Shown in pieces: positions 48,964-60,105 of a DNA stretch of 64,000 nucleotides. The stretch comes from Oikopleura dioica (Eukaryota > Animalia > Chordata): assembly GCA_907165135.1 (NCBI GenBank), contig OU015566.1, forward strand, positions 4,340,001 to 4,404,000, read 5' to 3'. Position numbers and translations under genes: made by a program. Under the pieces are notes generated by a model. That model was given only the letters and a program-made list of their open reading frames with translations, had not been told where the DNA came from and searched no databases. How positions within the stretch are numbered: the first letter of the stretch is position 1; each line of letters opens with the position of its first letter.

Positions 48964-49380
48964 ACATTTCTGTGCATTATAAACTCTGAATTTAGCGGCC
49001 CAAATCTGTCTGATATTAGCAAATTGTGGTCAAAGTTCGAATTTTTAATCGCGGGTTATGTTTATTTGCAAGGGCAAAATAGGGCAAATTATGTAATTTT
49101 AGCAAGAAAAATCACGAAAAAGAGCCCAAAAATGCAATTTTACGATAAAATTTGGGTCGAAAAACGCGAAAAAATTGCGATTTTTTGAGCTTCATTTTGA
49201 ATTTTTTTTTCCTTTTCGCCATTTTTTCCCGGGGAAAAATCTAAGGTGTGGCCAGTCATTGCAAATCTAAGCAAATTTGCTCTTTTCGTTGCATAACTTC
49301 GACAAATACTGATGTTCCTCGTGAGAACTTTGTTTGTCAGAAGAGAAAAATACCATTGAATAATCCGCGTAAATTTCGAA

Positions 49381-49972
49381 ATGGTCAATTTTCTACCGAC
49401 TTTTCTCTTTTTCATCGAAGCTTATCATACTTTTGCTCACTCGTTGATCCTTTTTGGAGTGAGGACGATTCCGCTGAAAGATTTGAATAATGTCGGGTAA
49501 GAGCTTTTATCCAAGCCGCCTTTTCCTATCTCCAACCAAGAAATTTGTAGTTTATACTTCCTTATCGATGCTCTTTCGGTCCTCGCCTCGTATCTCTTCC
49601 ACGGCCGATTCACCTACATCGTCCTTTTCCAGCAGATTCAACACTACTACTACGTCCTTACCTGGAACAAAAGCTACTGGTCCAAACGAGTCGCCTACTG
49701 GGTATGACTTTTATTCTTTCAAACCACTCTTTATTCATCTAGAGCTCGCTGGACTGGCATATTAATGGAGGAAAAAGCCGGGCAATGGAATGGATTGGCA
49801 CTTTTTACGATGTTTCTACTCATGTCTTGATGATGTACGCCCTAAGCGAGGTAGAAATCAACGAAGATATCTTCGAATTCATACTTTTCAGTACATTGGC
49901 ACGATTGACTACTTGATCGCTTTCCTACTTTTCATGGCTGGATCAAAAGCTGTCCTTTTCAATTCAAAGTAA
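49381..49972 (+). CDS. Small multipass membrane protein of unknown family (4 exons, about 150 aa)
   Basis: All GT-AG introns are in frame: MVNFLPTFLFFIEAYHTFAHSLILFGVRTIPLKDLNNVG|LYFLIDALSVLASYLFHGRFTYIVLFQQIQHYYYVLTWNKSYWSKRVAYW|SSLDWHINGGKSRAMEWIGTFYDVSTHVLMMYALSE|YIGTIDYLIAFLLFMAGSKAVLFNSK*. Confidence 0.75.
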
Positions 49973-50342
49973 AACGCAAAAAATTGACATAAAATGGACC
50001 TGAAATTCTAGATTTGCCTGGTCCTCGCCTTCAAATCCGCCAAACTGGGTCAAAAAACGGGCTACCGAGACAGATGTCTACTAAAGTTTAGACAAAACGA
50101 TTATTTCTTTTGCTGGCTGATAAAAAAGACCCTTATTTTTGAAAACGGTCCTGTCAATAAAAAATATTATTCAGAAATTCATAACGCGCATAGTTTCAAA
50201 AGGGTTGAAGCGTCATGCCCTCGGGGCGATCTTCGATTCTTGAATCACCGAGTTTTTTTTTTCTTCAGCGCAGAAAATTTAAACACTGAGAAGCGAAAAA
50301 AATGTTTTGAGAAAAAGAATAGAGAGCGTTAAATAAAAGAAA

Positions 50343-53312
50343 ATGAAGCTTCTCGTGGGATTTTTACAGTCGGGCACTGTAATTGCCCAGCTTCAGCGAG
50401 GGCCTGAACAAGGTAAGGAAGAAATTGAAAGATGAGTTCTTCAATTTGGTTTTTCAGCTATTCTGGCTTCTTCGGAGGAGATCGCAAAAAGAGAAGATTG
50501 GAAGCTGGATCCGTTGGTCCAAGTTCGTTGGGATTTCGGCGACTGCGGAAAAACAGGGATGAATGGCCCGACGGTTGAAGAATGCAACGAGTACTACTTC
50601 GACAGTAATCTTGAGGGAAGTGTCCGAGTCGAAGAAGGCGTTCAACAGTGGGTCGTCCCTGCCGATGGTTTGTATCTCGTGACAGCTGGTGGACCCGCAG
50701 GATCATCAGTCTCCGCCGGTGGTCGAGGAAGAGGAGCCATTCTCGAAGGCAATTTTCATCTTATGAAGGGAGAGATCATCGACATCGTCGTCGGCCAAAT
50801 CACCGACTACAACCTCAGCGCCGACCCGAATTCTCGCCGGGGTCTTGGCGGCTCTGGCGGAACCTTCGTCGTAAGAAACCAGGATAACAAAATTCTCATG
50901 GCAGCTGGTGGCGGTGGAGGCGGCGCGGGAAGGAAAGCTAATGTCGGTCTCACGAGAAATGTCAACGACGCGACTGAGTATCCATACGGGCAAAATGCCT
51001 CCATCCCGCTTTCTGGAAAAGGAGGAAGGGATGATCTCGGCGTAGGCGGACAAGGAGGACTGGGCGGCTCGTACGGACCAAGTATCATCGGTTTCGACGG
51101 GACACGCAAATTCGGTGGCGGTGGCGGCGCTGGTTTCGGCAATATGACCGGCGGAACTGAAGATGGCGGCGGAGCAGCACATCCGTCCGAGCTTGGAATC
51201 GATTCTAGAGGCGCAATAAATTTTCTGAGCGTAAATAGAGGAATGAACTCAAAGGGCACAGGTGGATTCATTCAATTCAAACCAAAAGGCTCGAGATTAC
51301 TAATAACCAACAATGGTGGCTTTGGGGGCGGTGGGTATGGCAGCGAAGATGGCGGTGCTGGCGGCGGGGGAGGATATTCGGGTGGCGCTGGTGGTCCGCC
51401 AGATGGATATTCTGGCGGTGGAGGAAGTTTGAACAACGGGCTGAGGCAACGAAATGATCGGCTTAACGATGGCAGGGGGTTCGTAACAATCTCCTTTATC
51501 GGAAAACAATGCTGCGGCCCTCGAGATGTCTATGTAGCCATGGCTTTTATCGCTGGAATTCTTGCTAAACTTCTTGTCACGTATTTTGCTTACTGGGCCT
51601 GGAGAACTGCGAAACGAATGCACACCTCTTACGTCATCATCAACCACCTGAAAGAGCTCAGACGAGAAAACCAAAAGCTAGACGCTGATGAAACTCTTCT
51701 CATCGGCAGAATTCTCGAGCAAGAAGAAGATTTGAAGAGCCGAATAGGCGCGAGCCGCCCAGATTTGAGAAGGCGTCTTTCAGGAAGAAAACGAACCCAT
51801 TACGACTCTGAGAGCTACACAACTACGGATCAGACGAGCAATCAATATACAGATAGATCGAGGACTGTAATGTCTGCGTCGCAATCTGAATCCGGAACTG
51901 TGATCACAGGTGATTGATAGAGAACTATTTATGATGATATCACTCGAAAAATTTCCGAGTCGAAATCTGATTTTTATTCAAAATTCTAGCGCGCCGATTG
52001 TCATCAGAGTCAGACAGCTCAGCTTCAACAGTTGTCAAGCAGCCAGTAACACAATCCATGGCAGCGTCTCAGGTTATTATGAAAACATTTCATTTTTCCT
52101 CATTTTTGATCATTTTTCTAGGCGTTCACAAATGTGACTCAAATGTCAAAAATCTCCAACCCGGGCAAAACTGAGGCAGATTCGGTCCTTGGTGGCGCAA
52201 CTTTCAAATCTAGGTCGAAATTGGATGGAGTAAACAAATCTACTCGCTCTGGAATCTATGTAAGTTTGTTCTTGCAGTATTTTTTCTTACAGTAAATCTA
52301 GTCAACTATCGGAAGAAACGCAGTGATGCCAGAAGAAGACGAAGAATTCAGCGATGAAGATGAAAACATTGAAAATGACGAAGAAGAAGACGAGCTTTCT
52401 GAACGATCTTCTCCAATCAAATCTCTTGCAAAGTCAAACATGAGCTTGGCGAAATCGCAACGAAGCGCTGCTTCTGGCTTCCAGAGCCGACTCAGTAGAC
52501 CTGGAACGACAATTGTTTCTGCAGCGAGATCTGCTCGATCCGTCGCGACTTCAGAAGCGCCGCACTCAAGTCGGGCGAGAACTCCTGCGCCAATGGATGA
52601 GTCGATCGGAAGATCTTATGGAAACTCAATTTCAAAGGTAGAAAATTATTTTACCACTAGAATCTGAAACGAAAAACTCAAGAATTTTATGCTTGAATCA
52701 AAAATTAAAAACATTTTTGTAGATTTTTAAATCTCTGTCCGAGCTGAGCTCCGAATTTATTGACCCGAAAAAGTCAAAAGATCGGCGAGTGAGCTTTTTG
52801 GACTTGACATCCACAAGCGCGAGTTCGAGCTCGTATTCCACCTCAATTTCGCCCCGCGTCATTTCTGATAGCATTTCCGATTCATCTCGGACAACGTTGG
52901 TATTGCATGATTGAAAACTTTGAAAACTTTGTGTTTTCGATTTTTTTTTTCATTTGCCTTTTTTCAAATGAGATTTTTTTCGGCATTTTTTCGAGATAAG
53001 GGGCGCTTATCTTTTTTCTTTCGCAATATATTTTTATTTTCTTATTTAAACCAAAATATATTGTTTGAAAATACCATTTTTCAGGAGCTCGATTTATCCA
53101 TGAGCAAGAGTCAAATGACCCTGACAGAAGACGATCCCTCAGGTAAGACAAATATTGAGTCCGCGAACTTAAAATTTTCAGTCTCACAACTATCGATTTC
53201 CGAGTCGCAGTATTCAAGAGCATATCAATCGGGGAGCGAGGAGGATGGTTCGTACTCTGAATCCTACCGCAGCCAAAGTGAATATACTGAGAACAGCCAT
53301 TACCGCGTCTAA
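50343..53312 (+). CDS. Type I membrane protein with an ALK/LTK-type glycine-rich ectodomain and a long Ser-rich tail without a kinase domain
   Basis: Signal exon from 50343; large exon with FGDCGKTGMNGPTVEECNEYY...GVQQWVVPADGLY...GRGAILEGNFHLMKGEIIDIVVGQ and poly-Gly segments; TM VYVAMAFIAGILAKLLVTYFAYWAW. Phase-compatible downstream exons end at SHYRV* (53312). Confidence 0.8.
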
Positions 53313-53360
53313 TCTTTTCTGTCCACCTATGCCTTCAAAAACACTCCATTCTCACTAACA

Positions 53361-54103
53361 TACCGTGGTTTTCCATTTTAAGAGCGTTTTTTGGATGACA
53401 GGCCTCGCTCAAATCGCTCTTAGATTGGAAATTTTTCAATCAAGGTAGGATGACAGTGGGATTTTCAATTTTTCCGTTTGACAAATTCTAAATATCGCTC
53501 GGTCATTTTCAATCCTGTGACAACCTTGTGTTCTGCAATTACAAAAAAAAAAAAGATCCGATGTTTTCTTGACGATTTCATCGTCGATCATGATCATCTG
53601 AACATCAAGGAGGAAGATCTAGTGAACAAAGCGAACGAAATCTTCATGAACATGAATCCAGCAATCTTCAAGCGCTCTTGGATCAATACTGGGCTGATCA
53701 AGGAGGAAGAATTCGAAGGAGCTGTTGAAGATTTTGAGGACTTGGATGTTTTGGAAAGTGTGCTGGAGAAAGAAGACGAGGAAGAGCTGGTCGAGCATTT
53801 TCTGGCGCTTCAAATCGATGAAACACGAGTCGCAACCCCGATGGAGATTGAAAAGGAACCTCAAGTTCAAGTGATAGAGAGTGCCGACACTGCGAAGCCT
53901 TCGACTTCAAAATGGCCAGAAAAGCAGTCGAGGATTACAAAATTTTTTAATAAATGATTCACTGTAAGTCTGAAAATTTTTTGATTTTTAATAAAAATCA
54001 TAAAAAACGCTCCTAAACTGGAATTTCGGCAGATGACAACATTTTCAAAATATACGCAAAAACGCTCTTAAAGTGGGCGCTCTTAAAATGGAAAACCACG
54101 GTA
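53361..54103 (+). mobile_element. Internally deleted pogo/Tigger-like DNA transposon with perfect TIRs and TA target duplication
   Basis: ta|ccgtggttttccattttaagagcg (53361-53386) and cgctcttaaaatggaaaaccacgg|ta (54078-54103). The internal ORF 53478-53957 resembles a pogo transposase C-terminus (IFKRSWINTGL, acidic tail, KQSRITKFFNK). Confidence 0.85.
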
Positions 54104-54394
54104 TTCTTTCAAATATAAAAAGAAACAAAAAAAATTAATAAATTTTTTTTTAAAAGTTCATTTTGGATCGCATTAGAAATCGTTTTTCTGGACATAATCT
54201 TACAAGAAAACATATCTGGCTGTGGAAAGGCAGCACTTTTCTTTGAGATTTGTTTAGACGAGCTAATCAAATTAATCCGTATTCGTTTTCGCGGCGTAAC
54301 TCGCCGAGGATAAACCTATCACGAAAATTTTCTCTTCTATTTTTTTCTCAAAACCGAATCAGAACGAAAGAAGCCGGGCTAGCTTTCGTTCGAA

Positions 54395-57300
54395 ATGAGA
54401 AAATTTCTCTTTTCCTTTTTTGCTGCGGGTTTCGCAGAACAGGAACTACCGGTTCCCCCGACAAGAGCTCCCCGTGACTGGCACAATGGTCCTCACGGCG
54501 ATTTGATTTTGACCGATTGGCAGAAAGAGATTCTAGAGAACAGCGGCTTCGACACTTCTACTTACAATGTTGACCCGAATGTGCCCACGCCAAAGGGTCT
54601 TCAAGAAGAGGCGTATTTCAATAAATGGAATGTTTTGAACGCGGCGGGCAAAATTGTCGTTCCTTACTTTTTTCACGAAACGGTAACTGAGAGCTTCCGG
54701 CAGCAGATCCACGATGAACTTGTCGATTTTACCAACTCGCTTGGCTGCATCGAAATGGTCCACGATCCGGACCTGACGTACGCGAATGGAGTCTACGTCA
54801 TCGGCGAAACTTCAAACAAAGAAGATGGTTCAGAAGGATCCGGCTGCTGGTCCTACGTTGGCCGAGCTCCAGGAGGATATAATGGATACGGACACCTTAT
54901 CAATCCGGGCTGGCAAGCGCTAAGATTGCCTGATTGGTGCATCCAACAAGGCGGTGTCCATCACGAATTTCTCCATGCTCTTGGTTTGCTTCACGAACAA
55001 GACCGACCAGATTTCGAGGAGCATTTCGAGCCACATGCTGATGGTGGAGAACTTACGGGCACTGGAAAATGGTTCGATACTGGACATGTTCTCGAACCAA
55101 GCTCGAATTTGATGTATTCAGGTTAGTTTTTCTCAGATTTGAAAAAAAAAAAATTTTTCAAAACGTCTTCAGGCTTCACCCTCAAAAACGGTGGATCATA
55201 CTCTTCCCATGATCTATTAACCACGACGGATGCTATCCAAGTCTGGAAGCAATACTGCGAAGCGAATTTCCCTCAATTTCCTCTTCCCGCTATGACCACC
55301 TGCCCTTCGCCAGACGTTGTCGGCGCCATTCGACCAGTTTTCCACCATCGATTGTGCGATAGTTTCAATAACTGTCTCGGAGGCGAGGATGAAGGAAGCG
55401 AGATTGTGAGATGCGAAACTGACTTGAATGAAAATGGATGCTGCGCGTCCATCTATTCAAGTCTCTTTGGACAGACTTGTGTGTCGAATGGACTTGTCAA
55501 CGATAAGCAGAGCTATCTCTGCCCGAATGGTCATTCACTCAGATGGAGCACAAGCGGCGGTTGGACATATTAGTGAGTTAGAATTTCAAGCAGTAAAGAT
55601 ATTGATTTGTTTTTTTAGTTCCACCGAAACAGGCTTTAGCCGCTACTCATACTCAGGAATCTCTTTTGGCGACACATCAGGAACTTGCGTTCATTCGGAA
55701 GTTCTAGAGGCTACTTTTGTTTGGCAATTGAACAATATGCAGTTGAGCTGCCTTAGGAACGGCGAAAAAACACTGCTGCCGTGCGCAAACAGCACATGCA
55801 ATTTTGAAGTGGCAACCTGCGAGAACAATGCCGAAGAAACTGGATTCACGTGTATTTGTAAAGATGAATTTCCGGGCTGCGATTCTGGAAACCCGAACAC
55901 AACAACAACAACGACGACTACTACAACAACCGCTTCGACAACTACTCTTGGAAGCGGCTCGATGACCAACACAGGCAACATCGACATCTACACTCACGAT
56001 TGGATCAATACCCCGACCATCTATCCCGACTGTCCAACCAACCATAACAATGACAGTATAGTTGATCCATGGGAGACTGTTGAATCCGAATGGATTCCAG
56101 CACCTTCAAACGGATTCATGAACTTACTGAACACGGCAGCTGCAGATGGCGTTTGTGGAGCAGTAAGAGAGGAAATGTTGCCACAAGATCTAGCAAGAAG
56201 ATTCACGAGCAGATCGCTGATTCCGGCGACTTTTGGAGTCAAATGCAGCTTAGTAATTGATGGCATGTGTTCTGAAGCTCACGTGAAATTTTGCTGCTTT
56301 GCAACCGACCCAACTACGACAACAACGACGACAACTACTACGATTTCAACTACAACAACAACTTCATCCACGTCCACCAGCACCAGCACCACCAGTACCA
56401 CCAGCACCACAAGTACCACCACCACCACCACCTCGACCACAACCACAACAACAACAACAACAACCACGACAACATCTACTACGACCACTACAACAACAAC
56501 ACTCGGTGACTTCGATCCTCTAACTGATACCATTCAGTCAGGTCTTTCCGGCTGCACACGAGAAGAAAATTACCCTGGTGCCTTCTTGGCTCGACGAAGA
56601 AACCGGAAAAATAAGCGAAAAAACAAAGGAAAAATGGATGACAAAATTGTGGGAGGAGTCACTGCCGAAGAAAATCAGTGGCCTTGGATAGCGAGACTGT
56701 CGCTTCGAGACGCGAGCGGCGCTACATATTTGTGTGGCGGAACTGTTATCGACAATAACTGGGTCTTGAGCGCCGCTCACTGTTGTCAAGGAATGTCCAC
56801 AATCACTGCCACTTTCAGTGATCTTACTAAATCTACCAGCGAGACGAATGAATTCACCTTAGTTGCGCATCATTTCGAAATCCATCCAGAATATTCTGGA
56901 AGCGGATATGATCTGTGTCTTATTCATTTCATGGAAGACATCGTTTCAGAAGACGTCGATGGTGACGTCGAGCTCGCATGCATTACTGATGCTCTTCCTG
57001 AGCACGGATCAGCCTGTTGGGTTGCTGGATGGGGAACAACTTCTTTCGGTGGCAACACTTCAAACAATCTTTTGCAAGCTGGCGTAAACATCTTCAGCAA
57101 TGAATACTGTCTTGCGAATTCTGCCATCAATTCACTCGAGCCTGATGACATTTGCGCTGGTGTCCCTGACTTAAATGGGGATGGACAAACCGATGGAGGT
57201 GTTGATGCTTGCCAAGGAGACTCAGGAGGTCCTTTGATCTGCAATTATAACGGAAAAGCAACACTCGTTGGAGCAGTCTCTCGAGGAACTGGGTGCGCGT

Positions 57301-60038
57301 ATCAGAATTTCCCTGGTTTGTATTCGTCTATAAACGGATCATACAATTGGATTCAAACGAGAATACAATCGTTTATTACAACAACGACCACAACGACAAC
57401 TACTACAACTACTTCAACAACAACTACAACAACAACCACTACAACAACGACGACGACTCTTGGAACTGGCTCAATCATTAATAACGGGACAATCAGCCTC
57501 TTTACTCATGACTGGATCAATACACCAATTATTTACCCTGATTGCCCAACAAACTACGATAGCGACAACGTTATTGAAGATTGGGAGACTGTTGAGAGTG
57601 AATGGATTCCAGCTCCAAAGGATGGCGTGGTCAATTTACTTAACACTGTGGTAGCCGAATCAGTTTGTGGTTCAATTAGAGCAGGCGATATGGAATTTGA
57701 TGTCACAAGAGGATTTATGAGCAGATCACTCATTCCTTCCTCATTTGGAGTGAAATGCAATCGTGTGATTGATGGACTGTGTTCAGAAGCCGATGTCAAA
57801 TTTTGTTGCTTTGCACCTAATCCAACAACAACAACATCAACTACTACAACAATCACAACCACGACAACTTCCACAACTACCAGTTCTACTACAACTACAA
57901 CTTCTACAACAACGGTAATGAAAGGAGAGCTTTCGTCTCCAAAATGAACAGGAATTTTTCCTATGTTTTCAAAAGAAACTTGCGCATATTTTATAAATAT
58001 TTCAGACAACCACGACAACAACTACCACTACCGAAACAACGACGACAACGAAAACAACAACATCTACAACTTCCACCACAACCACATCAACGACTACCAC
58101 CTCGACGACTACAACAACCACATCAACGACTACAACATCAACGACTACCACTTCAACGACTACAACAACCACATCAACGACTACAACAACTACATCAACG
58201 ACTACCACATCAACGACTACCACTTCAATGACTACAACAACCACATCAACGACTACCACATCAACGACTACAACAACTACATCAACGACTACCACAACTA
58301 CATCAACAACAACCACATCAACGACTACAACATCAACGACTACCACTTCAACGACTACAACAACCACATCAACGACTACAACAACTACATCAACGACTAC
58401 CACATCAACGACTACCACTTCAACGACTACAACAACCACATCAACGACTACAACAACTACATCAACGACTACCACATCAACGACTACCACTTCAATGACT
58501 ACAACAACCACATCAACGACTACCACATCAACGACTACAACAACTACATCAACGACTACCACAACTACATCAACGACTACCACATCAACGACTACAACAA
58601 CTACATCAACGACTACCACAACTACATCAACGACTACCACATCAACGACTACAACAACTACATCAACGACTACCACAACTACATCAACGACTACCACAAC
58701 TACATCAACGACTACCACATCAACGACTACAACAACTACATCAACGACTACCACAACTACATCAACGACTACCACATCAACGACTACAACAACCACATCA
58801 ACGACTACAACAACTACATCAACGACTACCACATCAACGACTACAACAACTACATCAACGACTACCACATCAACGACTACAACAACCACATCAACGACTA
58901 CAACAACTACATCAACGACTACCACATCAACGACTACAACAACTACATCCACGACTACCACATCAACGACTACCACTTCGACGACTACAACAACCACATC
59001 AACGACTACCACATCAACGACAACAACAACTACATCAACGACTACCACATCAACGACTACCACTTCAACGACTACGACGAACACATCAACGACTGCCACT
59101 TCGACGACTACAACAACCACATCAACGACTACAACATCAACGACTACCACATCAACGACTACAACAACCACATCAACGACTACAACATCAACGACTACAA
59201 CAACTACATCAACGACTACCACAACTACATCAACGACAACCACATCAACGACTACAACATCAACGACTACAACAACTACATCAACGACTACCACATCAAC
59301 GACTACCACTTCAACGACTACAACAACCACAACAAGAACTACAACGACGACCACAACAACAACGACAACTACCACTACAACTACTACCACAACCACGATC
59401 AGTTCGACTCCTGCTCCTTGTCTCTTGTCCGACATTTTTGGCAAGGTCGATCTGGCTCGTCTATCATCCTCGACAGCTCCGACGCTCTTCTGATTTCTAG
59501 TAAATTCAAAAGCCAACTTCAGGGTAAATCCCCCGATACACGATCCGCACAATACGTTGGCTTCCTCGCTTTCCAAAGGTTCGTTTATTCTGAAACCATC
59601 AAAAAATTCCCTTTTTAGATCCGCTTGCGGAGATGACTTTATGTTCAAACTCGTTAATGGTGACCTGAGCATCACTATCGTCGATTTCGAACCCGTCTAT
59701 GAGATCCTCAGTTATGGCACTAAATCTGACGGTAGTGCCGCTGGATTTTCTTTCCATCTTACCGAAGTCACTGAGACAAACTATCCTTTCACCGTGAACA
59801 AGCGTGGAGACAGTGGGTTGAAATTTAAAAGGACATCAATCTATTGCTATTTTAAGTCCGAAAGAATATGAAATACGATCAAGTAAACGTCCTGTTTAAC
59901 AATCTGACTGGTATTGCCTGGGCGACCAACCGCGAAGACTGCCTTTTGACCGCTGTCAAAGCTACTGCAGAAACATGGGACAACCAATTCGACCAAAACT
60001 CGATGCAATGCGTCCTCGATGCGAAAACATTCATTTAA
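54395..60038 (+). CDS. Mosaic secreted protease: astacin + LDLa + EGF-like + WxxW + trypsin-like serine protease + WxxW + Thr mucin array + C-terminal domain
   Basis: HEFLHALGLLHEQDRPD zinc motif and SNLMY Met-turn; LCDSFNNCLGGEDE; CENNAEETGFTCIC; two THDWINTP...CSEA(H/D)VKFCC repeats; K|IVGG, SAAHC, DLCLI and GDSGGP. Introns at 55573-55618 and 57915-58005. Probable 1-nt frameshift near 59435; final exon ends DAKTFI* at 60038. Confidence 0.88.
58006..59400 (+). repeat. Coding tandem array of S(T)4-6 units (TCAACGACTAC...), about 1.4 kb
   Basis: 15-21-nt units translate to STTTT/STTTTT/STTTTTT within the protease exon. Confidence 0.95.
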
Positions 60039-60105
60039 GAAGCGGAGAATATTTTTTTCAAAAATAGTTTTATTTATACAAATAAAATTATATTCTGGAA
60101 TAAAC

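Noticed and set aside
50458-51674. Several 80-160-aa antisense and alternate-frame ORFs
   Set aside because: They are by-products of the GC-rich Gly-codon exon of the ALK/LTK-like gene.
51917-53312. A tyrosine kinase domain for the ALK/LTK-like gene
   Set aside because: No GxGxxG, VAVK, HRD or DFG motifs in any frame; the exons encode only low-complexity sequence.
57963-59675. Long ORFs of 551 aa (NDYHI repeats) and 557 aa (poly-Val, minus strand)
   Set aside because: These are shadow frames of the Thr-rich coding array; the 57915-58005 intron puts the Thr frame in register with the protease.
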